This document shows, in pieces, positions 23,922 through 35,417 of a stretch of 35,417 bases of DNA. The stretch is from assembly GCA_964304625.1 (NCBI GenBank), contig OZ199840.1, positions 9,720,440 through 9,755,856 on the forward strand. The letters run 5' to 3'. Position numbers and translations under genes: made by a program. Each line of letters starts with the position of its first letter. The stretch's first letter is position 1. The notes under the pieces were generated by a model. It saw only the letters and a list, made by a program, of their open reading frames with translations. It ran no database searches and was not told the DNA's origin. The DNA comes from Kudoa neothunni. Lineage: Eukaryota; Animalia; Cnidaria.

Positions 23922-25300
23922 ATGGGCAATGGTTTGTGGAACGATGTAAGCATTTAGTAGTAACTCAGCAGCGGTAGAAATCCCATCACCCAATTTCTAT
24001 TAAATACACATAATAAATATAACAACTAGACGGAGTAAAAGAATTTAACTGTTGAAAAAAATGAAAAATCCTGGGATCAACAATGACCCCAGTTGGTTCC
24101 TCGCGTAAGTTTATTAAGCCGGTCCATTGAGGGATATTAATGCATTGTAATAAAAATTTTGTTTTTTTGGAATATCATGATCATGTATTTGGATCATTCC
24201 TGTTAAGTCGTTCGCGTAAATTTCGTTTTTGTCAATCAAAACACGGATTGATCAGGTAATCCTATATATAAAGAGAGTTAAACTTCATATCAAATAATCT
24301 CTTAATTTCAGCCGCGGTAATCTATTCAGACTAATTTATTCTAATTAAATAGAATAAAAATGAATGTTTTAAAGAATCTTTAGATATTGTGGAACCAATT
24401 TTTTCCGTTATTAAGAGTTAAAATAGAGAATGTTTTCAAGGAAAACCTAGAAAGAAGCATATAGAAAAGAGACTTGCGCTCTTTAGAATGGTGTATTATT
24501 TATCCTATCTCAATAAGTCTTTTAAGCGATTGTTTTGCTGTATTATTAAAAGATGCTAACGTAAATACAAAATTAAAGTGTTTTATTTCTAAATTATTCA
24601 AAACATTTATTAGATTTTTAATAGAAAAATACCCAAAACAATATACTCTTATTAACATTCAGAAGTAATCAATGATAAATTATATGTGATAGATCAATAA
24701 TTTTTGAATACAGCATTTGTTTTAATATTAAAAATATATTAATTTACAGTTAACACAATGAAAATGAAGTGGTATAGCAATATCTGTGTAGGTGTTAAAT
24801 ATGTTGATTCCTCTATTTAATTAAAAAGAAACGCATTATGTGGTTTCTTAGAAACAGATTAATTAGGGGCAGATTCGACCAGTCACCAAGATTGATAGAT
24901 CTGAATAATAGGTGCAAGCTTGTAATTTTGAACGCGACTGATGTGTAAAAAAAAATAGTTTATGATACATAGTATAGCATTTCTTTCGCGTCAGTACAAG
25001 TATTGAAGTTATCAGAGATTGAGTTTTACAATGTTATCTAAGCATACCCTCAGAGCACAATCCAGAGAACATATATCGAAGTAATTTTATTATTGAGCTC
25101 TATAGCGTATTCCTTCGCGTTGCATTCAGCTAATTTTAAAAAATCTAAACAACCTTCTTAGCATGTTTATTCAGTTTCCTTTTCGGAGACTTCCAAAATT
25201 ATTCGGTTTTAAAACTAGTAAATAGAATGCATTGAAATTCTTTTATATTAGCATTGACGCTGTAACCACATTTCGATTAAGTATACCCCTAAGTATCCAT
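23922..25300 (+). pseudogene. Possible fragmented multi-exon gene or pseudogene of unknown family
   Basis: ATG GGC AAT...GAT|gtaagc at 23922, followed by a series of good donors (gtaagt 24105, gtaatc 24256, gtaatc 24665, gtaatt 25081) and acceptor-like sites. No stop-free model could be built. Confidence 0.25.
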
Positions 25301-25883
25301 AAACATACTCTAGAGAGGGAGTACTTGAGATAAAATAAACTATAGTGATACTGTGTAATTGTATTGACTTATAACGAAATTTCTATTAGCACACATAAGG
25401 GTTTTGAATAAATGTATTGAAAAAAATTTTTAACTTAATTAATCAATAAAGGATATGTAGGGGTTAGTTGTTTAATAAAATATAATATCCGATCAAATAA
25501 TTCTATTTTAAATGAAGGTGCTTATTTTTATAGCTTAATGAACAAGGCCGTTAGTTTTAAGGCCATTAATAATTATTCAATTTTTTTACAATCACTAAAA
25601 CTAAAACGCTTGAGAATTTAAGATAATTTTTTTCTGATAATAAAAGGTTTAGCTTTATGATTTAACATTTGAATGTAATGATAGATACTTATATCAATTT
25701 ATGACATAGAAAATAATTTCGATTCTCTCTAAATGTAGTGTTATACAGTTTGTCTAATTAACTCTCAGATAACCTAAATAGGATTTGTTATAATTGTTAT
25801 TAAATGAAAATGGCGCTATATGAGCATCCGTTCTTTGTAGAAATTTTAAAATTTAACCCGGTATTTTGTTATATAGAACAACG

Positions 25884-27563
25884 ATGTCTGATAAATTAAT
25901 TGAAAACAACTCATATCATCGGGATAACATTCATCTTCCATCGCATCCATCCGTATCTCAACCTTCGATAATGACAGATATAGATAATACAATTACACCA
26001 AAAAGAAAAAATTTTAACAAGATTAAAAAATCACATGTAAAAATGGCCAAACGAGACCAGTGTCGCCCAATAAAAGTTTACAGTATCCCAGAAATATTAT
26101 CTGGCAGATGTCCACAACTGGCCTCAATTAAGCTTGAAACCACAACTCAGCCTACAAATTCCTCTTCAAGAGAGTCGAAAATAGTGAATATGCCTTATAA
26201 ATGCGTGGATAATAAAAAGAAGGATGCCGCAATAGACGAACCAATGATAACTAATGAAGATAATCATTCACCAGACAATCTGCGGAACTCTTCCTATGAG
26301 TACCAAGACGGGAAATCCCGTATCAACGGTGATGCATTTTCTTCAAACGATTTCTGCACGAATATTAATCAAATCAAATCCTTGGAGAAAGATATTAAAA
26401 ACTCGGTGGAAGATATATCTTTCGAACAAGAAATTTCAATTAACCATAAAATTCCAAAACACTCAAGTAAAATAGTTTCCATCGCAAATGAATCTCCGCT
26501 CAATAAAGATGTCAACAAAAATATTGACTTGTCAGTACCACAAAATAAAAAAGAGGGTTGTATTATTAATAAATATCATCAATCAGACAATGATAAACCT
26601 AAATTCACATATGGGGCCATTTTCAATAAATCTCGACAAAAGAAAAAAAAGTGGAACAACGAAGAAAACGTGGTGGCTCTTTTTGCAAATAGGTTCCCTG
26701 AAAAGGCCATAGGAAATGTATTAGTTCTCATTTTCAGAAGCCAACCAGTATCACTCACTATTATTTTTAGATTTGGCGTTATGTTTTAATAAATCAAATT
26801 TAAATTAATAGGGATATGAATCTATTTTCATGAGGTATGTGGGTGATGAAAACCCCAGGCTAATTGCGTTTGTGACCTATGCAAGTCACAACCAAGCAAT
26901 TAATGCGTGTGAAAATATAAGGGAACAGTTTCGAAAAAACGGCCTATCCATTAATTTCAAATTTGAAGTGGTCAGATCAAACATCGTTGAGCTTAGAGGT
27001 CAAATTGGTTTTTACAGCCGTTATCAACAAAGCAATGGTATAATCTTAATATCCTATCCTATTAGAACTATCTGATATTGTTAATTTTTGTACTAACATT
27101 GGTTATGATAATATAGCGAGAATGCCTAATAATAAAACCATTTCGCCTAATGACCACAATTGGACAATCCACCCTTATCAGGAGTAATTAATGGTGTCTG
27201 AATAATTATGTGTAATACCGTATTTAGAATGTATTCTCCATCAAGAATTTATTATGGTGCGTCTTTATATCAACCATTTCGAGAAAATTATATACATTCT
27301 ACTTCTCCATATCGAACTAATCCAGTTGGCATAAAAGTAAGTTATTTGATTCCAAGATAATTATTATACGTTTATAGCCTGACAATTGTGTACCTACTTA
27401 CGAATGCTATGATAATTCCTGTTTTAATTCTCGTCCTCTGTGTGACTGTTTAAAGAGCCGTGGATATAATGGATACCCTATTCCACATACCTCTCATCTC
27501 GCGCGATGCGTAGACTCTACAGTTTATAGACATAATGACAACTGTAAAAATTTTATTTTTTAG
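25884..27563 (+). CDS. Single-RRM RNA-binding protein, RBPMS/couch potato/MEC-8-like, with a long disordered N-terminus
   Basis: Introns 26748-26811, 27038-27116 (TACTAAC at 27091), 27184-27227 and 27337-27377 keep the frame. RRM: ALFANRFPEKAIGNVLVLIFRSQPGYESIFMRYVGDENPRLIAFVTYASHNQAINACENI, compared with RBPMS LFVSGLP...ELYLLFRPFKGYEGS...VGFV. Tyr/Pro/Cys-rich tail. A further 20-nt intron at 27544-27563 could extend the CDS to 27624. Confidence 0.75.
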
Positions 27564-28705
27564 CTTTCAACCCAACTTATGATAATTATACTACTTTTTA
27601 TATCATAGTGACTAAAAAACCATGATTTATTCAAAAACACAGTTTCAGGTCAAACCGAGTGCCCACCGAAACCCCATTCATGAGATTCCACATAATTCTG
27701 CGGTCGGTGTATAAAAATGACGTGACGTCTAGTGAATTCTAGTTATTCTCTATAAGTTGTGTCATTATTTCTAAATTCGTGTTTTATTTAATTTCACGTT
27801 GATTATAAGCTTCTTAATTTATATCTATAAATCAAAGTAACTACAAAATGAGTACTTATGATCAAATCTATCGCCGGTATAGAACTTGTGAGAAGATTTA
27901 TTTTGTTTTGAATTACTGATAAATAATGTAATTGCTTAAAAGTTATTTCGCATTTAGTATATTTTTAAAAAATGAATTTAATATCATTGTGGAATAAAAA
28001 AGTTTAAAATACCCAATATACTCATTTTTAAAATTGGTATTGTAAATGAGAAAAATTGACGCTTGTCTAACAATATAATGTATAAAATTATGCATTTAAA
28101 GTATCAACAATTGTATTAAATCATGAATAAATGATATTTTCTACCTCTCATGGTACTATGCTATTTTTCGATTTAAATTATATCAATTCATACTTAAAGC
28201 TGTTTATTATTTAAATAAGAATTTCGAATAAAATATGGAAAAATACTGAGAAATAATTTAATATAGTATAATAGATACATTGATCCATAAATAAGTAGAA
28301 CAATTCAGAATGAATAGATTTTTATCTACATATATAAACTCAGGTAAATATATCAAATTAAGTAATGAATATACACAAAATTGATAAAAATATTTATATT
28401 CCGCGCGTATTTAATTTGGCTGTAAAAATATAAGAAAAAATAAATTTACATCACAGATTAAAAATTATAACTTTTAGAGATTATAATAGTCAAAACAGGT
28501 TTATAATTGAATGTTTAATATTATTTAAAATAAATTAGTATATTGATTTTATATGAGTAGACATAAATAGGAAGATTTGGAATTGATTTTTATAGAAATA
28601 TTGGACAAAATAAATAATTATAAAATATTCATTTAAATTAGTTATGAATCATGATAAATAATATTATTCATTATGTACTACAAAAAAGAATATTTGTATC
28701 ATTCT

Positions 28706-31585
28706 TTATTTCTTTTTGTAGGCCATAAAACCTCCTATTCCTCCGATAAGTATAATTGCAACAACAACCGACACTATAATGCTAAACGAAAAAATTAAAA
28801 AAACGACTACTCACATCACATACATTGTTATATTGCCTGACCTATAAAATAATAATTAGATACAAAAATAATTATAAATAAATGTACGTTGATTTGCTAG
28901 CAGTTGCACCTAAAATTAGAGTTATACAATATTTCTAAGTATTTAAGAATTGGATCACCTTTGTCAATTTCAGCTGTACCAAATATTGTCCCATCCATGC
29001 TGTAGTATACGGTCAAATGATAGTCGTTTAGATCCTCAACATTTTCAATCGTAAAATTCTTACAGGTTGGAAGCGTCGTACAATCACCTCCCCCGTTACT
29101 CATACATTTTTTAACGGTTGGTCTAGCCACGTCGCTTGAATTAATTAACACCCACATACATTTGGACTCTCCATCTATTCCAACTGGAAGTATGGTCGTT
29201 ATCTGTAATGTTTTATCGTCACGTACTATACTAACAAACATTTTTTTTGTTAGATCAGTTGGGTCTTCAATTATTGGTTCTAAATTTTACGTTTTAGTAA
29301 TCGTTAATGATATATAATTTTTAATATATATTGTAAAATAATAACTCGGGGCTAGAATGAAATGAGTTTCTTCAGAACGATCAACAGCTGTAACCAAAAT
29401 TTTATATTCTTTCGAAGCGTCGTAACCTTCACTGAATATAATATTGTTACAATATGGTACTTCGGAGCATGATTTGGTATTTTTTGATGTAGTTTCTGAC
29501 GACTGTTCTACCGTACCAGCTCTAGCAATGGAAATTTTTTCAACATTAATTAATGATCCAGCCAATGGTGGTTGAATTGGTTTTGCAGGACATGAATATA
29601 TTGTATCCCACGATTCTCCATTTTTAACAGTGATTTTATAATGGCATTTTGCGTCATTAAACGGTGTGGACAATTTTCCTATCACTTTAAATCCTCTGTC
29701 CAATGCTTCCTTCGTAAAAGTAAGAGTCGAATAAGCTATCGTATTTATATAAATAATAGATCATTTAATTATAGTACTCGTTCTAATATTTGTGAATATA
29801 GTAGAACCATATTCTTCATATGCAACCACTTTAATATCGTAGGTAGTATTGAGTTCGAGGTCAATTAATTTCTTGGACTCCCTACATAAACCTCTACAAG
29901 GATTACTATCTACACATGTTGCTTCGAAAAATTTGTTCATTCCTGCTATACTGACAAAGTAATCACATGTGGGTTCCGTTTTGACTGTTCCAGGATCACC
30001 GATAATTGCTTTAACTATGCTAGTTGAATCACCCGCAATAGGTTTTGCAGTATTAAAATTTGTGTCAGTTTTTTTATCTGAAATTATTAATTAATTCGAA
30101 TATTATGATAACTTTAATACTTGTTTGGACAAAAATGTATTCCTTAAAATCTGCATAGTTTTTTATAGTATTAGTAGTTGTAGTAGTAATAGGTACAACT
30201 ACTATCATTATTGGTCGTCCATCAGGTAATCCTTCAATAGTGCGAGTAGTATTACAATCATATTTACACTCACCCTTTTTTAAACATGGGTCTATAAATT
30301 CATTATTTTTGGTAGTATCTGCAACATAATATTTGATTGCACACCGATCAAATCTCGTAGTTTCGCCAGATGGCGCCAATAATGGCACATTTAACTTTAC
30401 TCCGGTATTTGTTACTGATACTAGAGCATTTTCGTTTCCGGCTGGTTCAACGATGGCTAAAATATAATTAGATAGTTTATCTAATTATTTATACCAAATT
30501 TTTTGTATGTAAATCCTTCGAACGACCCATTCTCTTTTGCGGATAAACTATGGTGTCTTCTTCGTACCAATATTTCTACAATTGGCTTTGTTGGAGTAAG
30601 AGTGAGTTCTATGTCGTTGCATGGAGCGTAACATTGTTTGTCGTTACTCGCCACAATTTGATGAATAACCAGGGGGGTTTGAGGAGCTTACTGCACTCGA
30701 TGCATCTTTGATACTAAAGAGGCATATTTCATTAGGAATTGGATTCGTAAATTTAAGTTGTAATTTAGTATTCGCATCGGCAGATTTGTAGCTAACGTAG
30801 AATTGTGGCTTGTAAACGTCTATATTTTCTTTCATATAATAGTTAGGCATATAGTAATAGAAAATAGGATAATCGGAGCATCTCACTTCAAAATACGGGA
30901 TTTTAATTCCATATTCAACAGTATTAATATTAATAGTGTCATTAGCTTTACCACAGTCTGCTGCTTTAGGCACATCTTTGTATTTTATTCCTTTGTAATA
31001 AATAGGACATGCGACAGGTTTGCATGTGATGGCTTCCAGTTTTAAATATTTCCGACTTGTGGATGGTTTTATGTTCGGATCAATTAATAATGCTAAATAT
31101 TTATTAATTATTTAACTAAGCTTTTAACTTACGAATTGCAAGCCCCATAAACTTTTCCTCCCTTTGGGAGACTAGACCCTTTAACATTATCACCGGACGA
31201 ATCATCTTTTATATAAATGTATTTTGATCTAGGTGATAGTTGTGTATATGTAAGCTTATTGTCGGCACCAGCACAGTTTCTCACACACATACTCGTAATT
31301 TTATTCTCATTATTTACGCATGTTGCGATTTCGCTATAATTGTTTCCTTCAGCATTTTCTTGCATCATGCGACACTTCTTTTCGCCTGAATATTGTGTTC
31401 CTTTCAGTTCGATATGGACTTTACTTCCGTTAATATCGGAATTATCTAGCTGATAAAAAACTTCTCTTTCAACAGGAGTTTCATTAGAGTAACAAGTAGT
31501 TAAAACTAAATGAAATTCACCAGGATCAAACAGATATTTTTATACGTGAAAATATGATGACCAACGAAAAAGGTTCCATTTTCAT
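28706..31585 (-). CDS. Type-I single-pass surface protein with about 7 tandem Cys-containing FN3-like modules; two apparent +1 frameshifts
   Basis: Signal peptide MKMEPFSLVIIFSLLTTCYS. Introns 31506-31545, 31093-31132, 30457-30494, 30078-30120, 29736-29777, 29280-29345 and three more between ~28780 and ~28960. Most modules have four Cys with the last pair closely spaced, and some have FN3-like tyrosine-corner motifs (LIDLELNTTYDIKVVAY, QLSPRSKY, YDASKEYKILVTA). C-terminus MYVIIIVSVVVAIILIGGIGGFMAYKKK*. Confidence 0.8.
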
Positions 31586-34421
31586 TATAATCATCAATTA
31601 ACCTAAAAATATTAATCTGTTATTCTAAATATATTCAGTTATTAGGCTTATTATTTTAATACGAACTAAAAATGAATGCATTTAATTATAAATAAATTGT
31701 TTTATAAATATAGTCGGAGCTAAATTATAATCAAAATAGAGTTTATTAATATAATAAAAACAGTTTTAACGATAATTATAAAAATAATTGGAATTAATAT
31801 GTCGTTGGGGTTTATTTTATTATTTTATATCTATTTCCGATAAAGATCAATGTATTCTTTGATTATTGTTAGGCATATTTATTTGTAGAGTACGAAAGTT
31901 ACTTTTATTTCATTTTCACCGAACTTATCTTTTATAACGAAATATAAAGCTTTATATTAAAAAATAAGACATCTTATTAAATTAGTAAAAAGATCAATTT
32001 CTTGATGAAATTCTAGTTTTATGTAAGCTTCTAATCCTTTGTGATTATGATAAAAACTGTCGTAAACTTTTTATTATTGGAAGTATTTACATCTGCAAGA
32101 AATTTCTATTCGTTCAAATATCGTTCAATATGTAAACGATATCTTTATTATTTAAATAAATTTTTCAAATCATTTATTTTTAACTCATCTTTATGTTAAT
32201 TAAGGAAATAATGCCTAGTCTTTATGTAAGTCGATCTGCAAGCTGAATTTTGTAACGTATAGAGAATAGTATTATCACTCATTAGTTTTGTTTTATACTA
32301 TTGTTGATATCATTCGTTTACTTATAAATATTTTTCACATCTATCATTAATAATGCTTCATATTTAAAGAAAATGAAGCAACCTTGTGGCATTTGTCTTA
32401 ATTAATTATAACTGTTGTATAGAGAAGAATAATTTCTATTGAAACATAAAAATTATCTACTACCCCCCAAACACACAAAATATACTTCTTGAGTCTATTT
32501 AAATAATCGATTTAATTCAAACAAATGAGGAATTATAGCTTAAATGATATCTATGGATTTTTACAAGTTGATATAATATATTGATTTTCCGTAAGGAAAG
32601 CTCTGTTCTAATCTTATTCTGGAAAAATTAGGTCATTTACGACTATAACATCGGCTTTATCTAAAAAATACATATTAAATTTTTTTCTTTATTTAATTTA
32701 ATATTAATTTGTTTTTCTTGAAATTAATCTCAAATTTAAATAACCACGAATTATATTTTTCGTTTTATGTTTAGAAACACTTAATAATTTAAAAAGAAAC
32801 AGAATTTCTAAAAATTTGAAATACAGAAATTAAAAATTAAATATAATTAATTTATATTTAATGATTTTCAAATCGGCATCTATTAAAATATTTCCAGATT
32901 ATACGTATGCAATACAAACATCTCAAACCCACAAGAACAATTCATATGTCTGTTTCTACATAAACCTCACATTAATACTTTTTCGGAATGTTATGTTAGT
33001 CAGCTTTAGATTATCTTAGACAGAAATAGAATTATTCGAATATTTGAAATATATTAATGTTGATTTAAAACAAATATTCTTTATAAATTCCCATTTTTCC
33101 CCAAAAAATATTTTTTAAAGTTTTTAAAAAATTCTTTGATATTAATGAACGTTGTAACGAGAAGATTCAAAACTGAAATAAATTCTTAAAATTATAATTT
33201 AAAGGGATTCAATTAATTTTTGGGCATATATCTAAGATGTTAAATACATAATTTACTTTTTTAATTATCTATTGTAAATATACAAGTTATAGATTGTCAA
33301 TTTCGTTCCTAATGTGACAATAGTATAGATGAGCAATATCATCTAGTCAATAGACAGTTTGAATCAATTGACGTATTATAATTTAGTTTGTTTTGTTAGT
33401 TGCGATTTCTTAGGTACCGGATAATCCGATCGTGCTCTGGCTATATCTCAGGTAAAGAATATCTCTAAATTATTTCATCTATTTTATTCATATTTACATA
33501 AAAAATAATATTTAATTACCCCAGTTTTTGTAAATTTTAGAAAAATTGGCAGAATAAATTAACAATAATAGAACCATCATTAATTAAACGATAATATATT
33601 TTAATTATCGTATATTTTTTAATATTCCGATAAATAATCAATTTATAAATTATGAAAATCTAGATAATTAAAAAAATATCCTTTTTTTACTCATATCATT
33701 TCGTATTTTAACAAGAAATATAATATATGAAGACTCAAACTAGCGAAGGAGGTATCGTAAAATATAACAGTTATCATATGCAGAAAATAAATTTCATATA
33801 TGATTCCAGTTTTTAGAGTTTATTTATATAATAAATTCTTTTTATGCCTTAATGTTTGTCAAATAACTTTCTCATTGCTTTCCAATTGACTTTAATTTCT
33901 TCAATAGAATTGTGAGGTTTAATATATTCAACAAAAATAATATGTTAATTCTAACTTTACATATATGTTATTCTATGATATTTTTAGATTTATCACTAAT
34001 ATTCAATTTTTTCCTATGAGATTCTAAATCATTTTATGTGTCAATGTTTGTCATTTTTATTGGTGAAATGAATATTAAATCAACAGAAGACTTGTAATTA
34101 TCATCATCAGAAATTATATCATACAATATTTCTTTTTTTTTAATTATACACATATTCTAAATTAAATTAAGCTTAAATTGAAACATTTACAAAAAAAATA
34201 AAATTTGTTGTGGGAACGATCGTTAAAAACGTGTTCATGATCCTTAATAATTTTTCCAAATTTAGTAATGGATCTTATAGACTTATTAAAAAAATCCTCA
34301 CAAAACTCAAATGTGTTAGTCAACATTATCCTAAAAATTATTTTTTCATAACTTCTTGACCAGTTTTTGTATTTAAAATTGTGTTCTCATGTCAATAATG
34401 ATCGAAGCATTTTATTCATTA

Positions 34422-34449
34422 CTAGCCGTAATACCCGGCTACGCACGGG
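34422..34449 (-). mobile_element. Helitron 3' terminus
   Basis: Minus strand reads CCCGTGCGTAGCCGGG (hairpin), an 8-nt spacer, then CTAG followed by T. This is the canonical Helitron 3' end. No RepHel coding sequence seen. Confidence 0.65.
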
Positions 34450-34624
34450 GTGTTGGGAATATCTAATTCAGGGAAATAATTGAAATAAAAATGTTTTAAA
34501 TTATAATTTTTAATATAATAAACGTTTAAATATGTTAGTATCATAAACATCTGCCAAAAATTTACTGCGCGAACTAATCGGTCATAAACGAAACGTAACA
34601 AAATTTTACTTAATAATTTAAGTA

Positions 34625-35417
34625 CCGTATATACTCGAGTATAAGTCGCACTCGTGTATAAGTTGCAGGGTAAAATTTGGACTAACTTATCGTGATTATG
34701 GTTGACCCGAATATAAGTCGCAGTCATAAACCAAAAATTTATTAATGCTTAAACATTTAGCGATTTACAACGTATATTTTAAATAAAATCTAATTATTTA
34801 AGACAAATAAGAAAATATTCATTATACACAAAATAAATGATTATTTTAAAAAAATTAACAAACTATTAATATTCATTGTCGTCATCGTCATTCTTAGCTG
34901 ACGAAAACTCATCCTCATCAAAAAGGTGTAACTTTGTTCTGATGTCGAAGTATCGTCTTCAGTTCCATCCATCGCATTAGAAATGCCACATTTTTTGAAC
35001 GATTTCTTAATTATGCTCGTGTCTATGGAGAGCAAAGAATCTTTAACCCATTTGGCTACCAATGCTAATGCAGGTCTCGTAAAATTTCCTGATGCTGTCT
35101 TTTCTGCCATTCCGTCTGACATCCATTTGATCCATTGATCGCGTATTTTACATTTGAATGGAAAATTTAAAAGAAACATATAAAGGTTATAATATTATAA
35201 TATTGAGGGTAAGCCCGAAGGAATAACAGCAGTATCCGTTTATAGTAGTTTTTGATGCGCTGTTTGACATCATCAACGAGATGAGCTCGGAACATATTCC
35301 AAACTGACAGACTTGGTTTTTTATCCAAATTACCACCTGGGCGACGAGACCATACTTTCTCCATCCAAATATGAAATCCTTCCACATCCATTCATCCTTT
35401 CTCGTGAACATGAATAA
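34625..35417 (-). mobile_element. pogo/Tigger-like (DDE_1) DNA transposon, 3' part, running off the window; frameshifted
   Basis: Terminus TA|CCGTATATACTCGAGTATAAGTCGCA with subterminal TATAAGT repeats. Protein: KGWMD..FHIWMEKVWSRRPG...SLSVWNMFRAH and PFKCKIRDQW...SGNFTRP...WVKDS...IIKKSFKKCGISNAMDGTEDD. Confidence 0.9.

Noticed and set aside
26718-26811. Three tiny introns with 7-10 nt micro-exons in the RRM gene
   Set aside because: That model breaks the frame. A single intron at 26748-26811 gives an in-frame RBPMS-like RRM.
28706-28720. C-terminal KKK as a KKxx ER-retrieval signal
   Set aside because: The lysines are at -1 to -3 with Tyr at -4 and Ala at -5, matching neither KKxx nor KxKxx. 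More simply a stop-transfer basic cluster.
31650-34400. Long AT-rich stretch searched for hidden exons or RNA genes
   Set aside because: No consistent exon chain, motif or structured RNA could be supported by eye.

Overview
AT-rich eukaryotic, most likely animal, genomic DNA with very short GT-AG introns (about 35-80 nt) and many decayed transposons. This fits a reduced parasitic metazoan such as a myxozoan, but the taxon is inferred, not shown. Host genes reconstructed by hand: an intronless ALG11 (-); a multi-exon Sec7+PH cytohesin-like ArfGEF missed by the ORF track (-), with the catalytic PGE motif changed to PRD; a compact 5-exon bHLH-PAS gene of the HIF-alpha/SIM class (+) ending in a candidate degenerate prolyl-hydroxylation motif; tRNA-Val(AAC); an RBPMS/cpo-like single-RRM gene (+); and a type-I membrane protein of about 7 Cys-containing, FN3-like modules with a 4-residue tail (-), carrying two apparent frameshifts. 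Mobile DNA: a FLYWCH-MULE relic, two Merlin/IS1595-like relics, a pogo element, a Helitron 3' end, and a stack just downstream of the tRNA in which an R2/NeSL-type retroelement is cut off by a DD34E IS630/Tc1 element, itself cut off by a TTAA-flanked piggyBac. All exon models and family calls come from manual translation and motif recall, not database searches.
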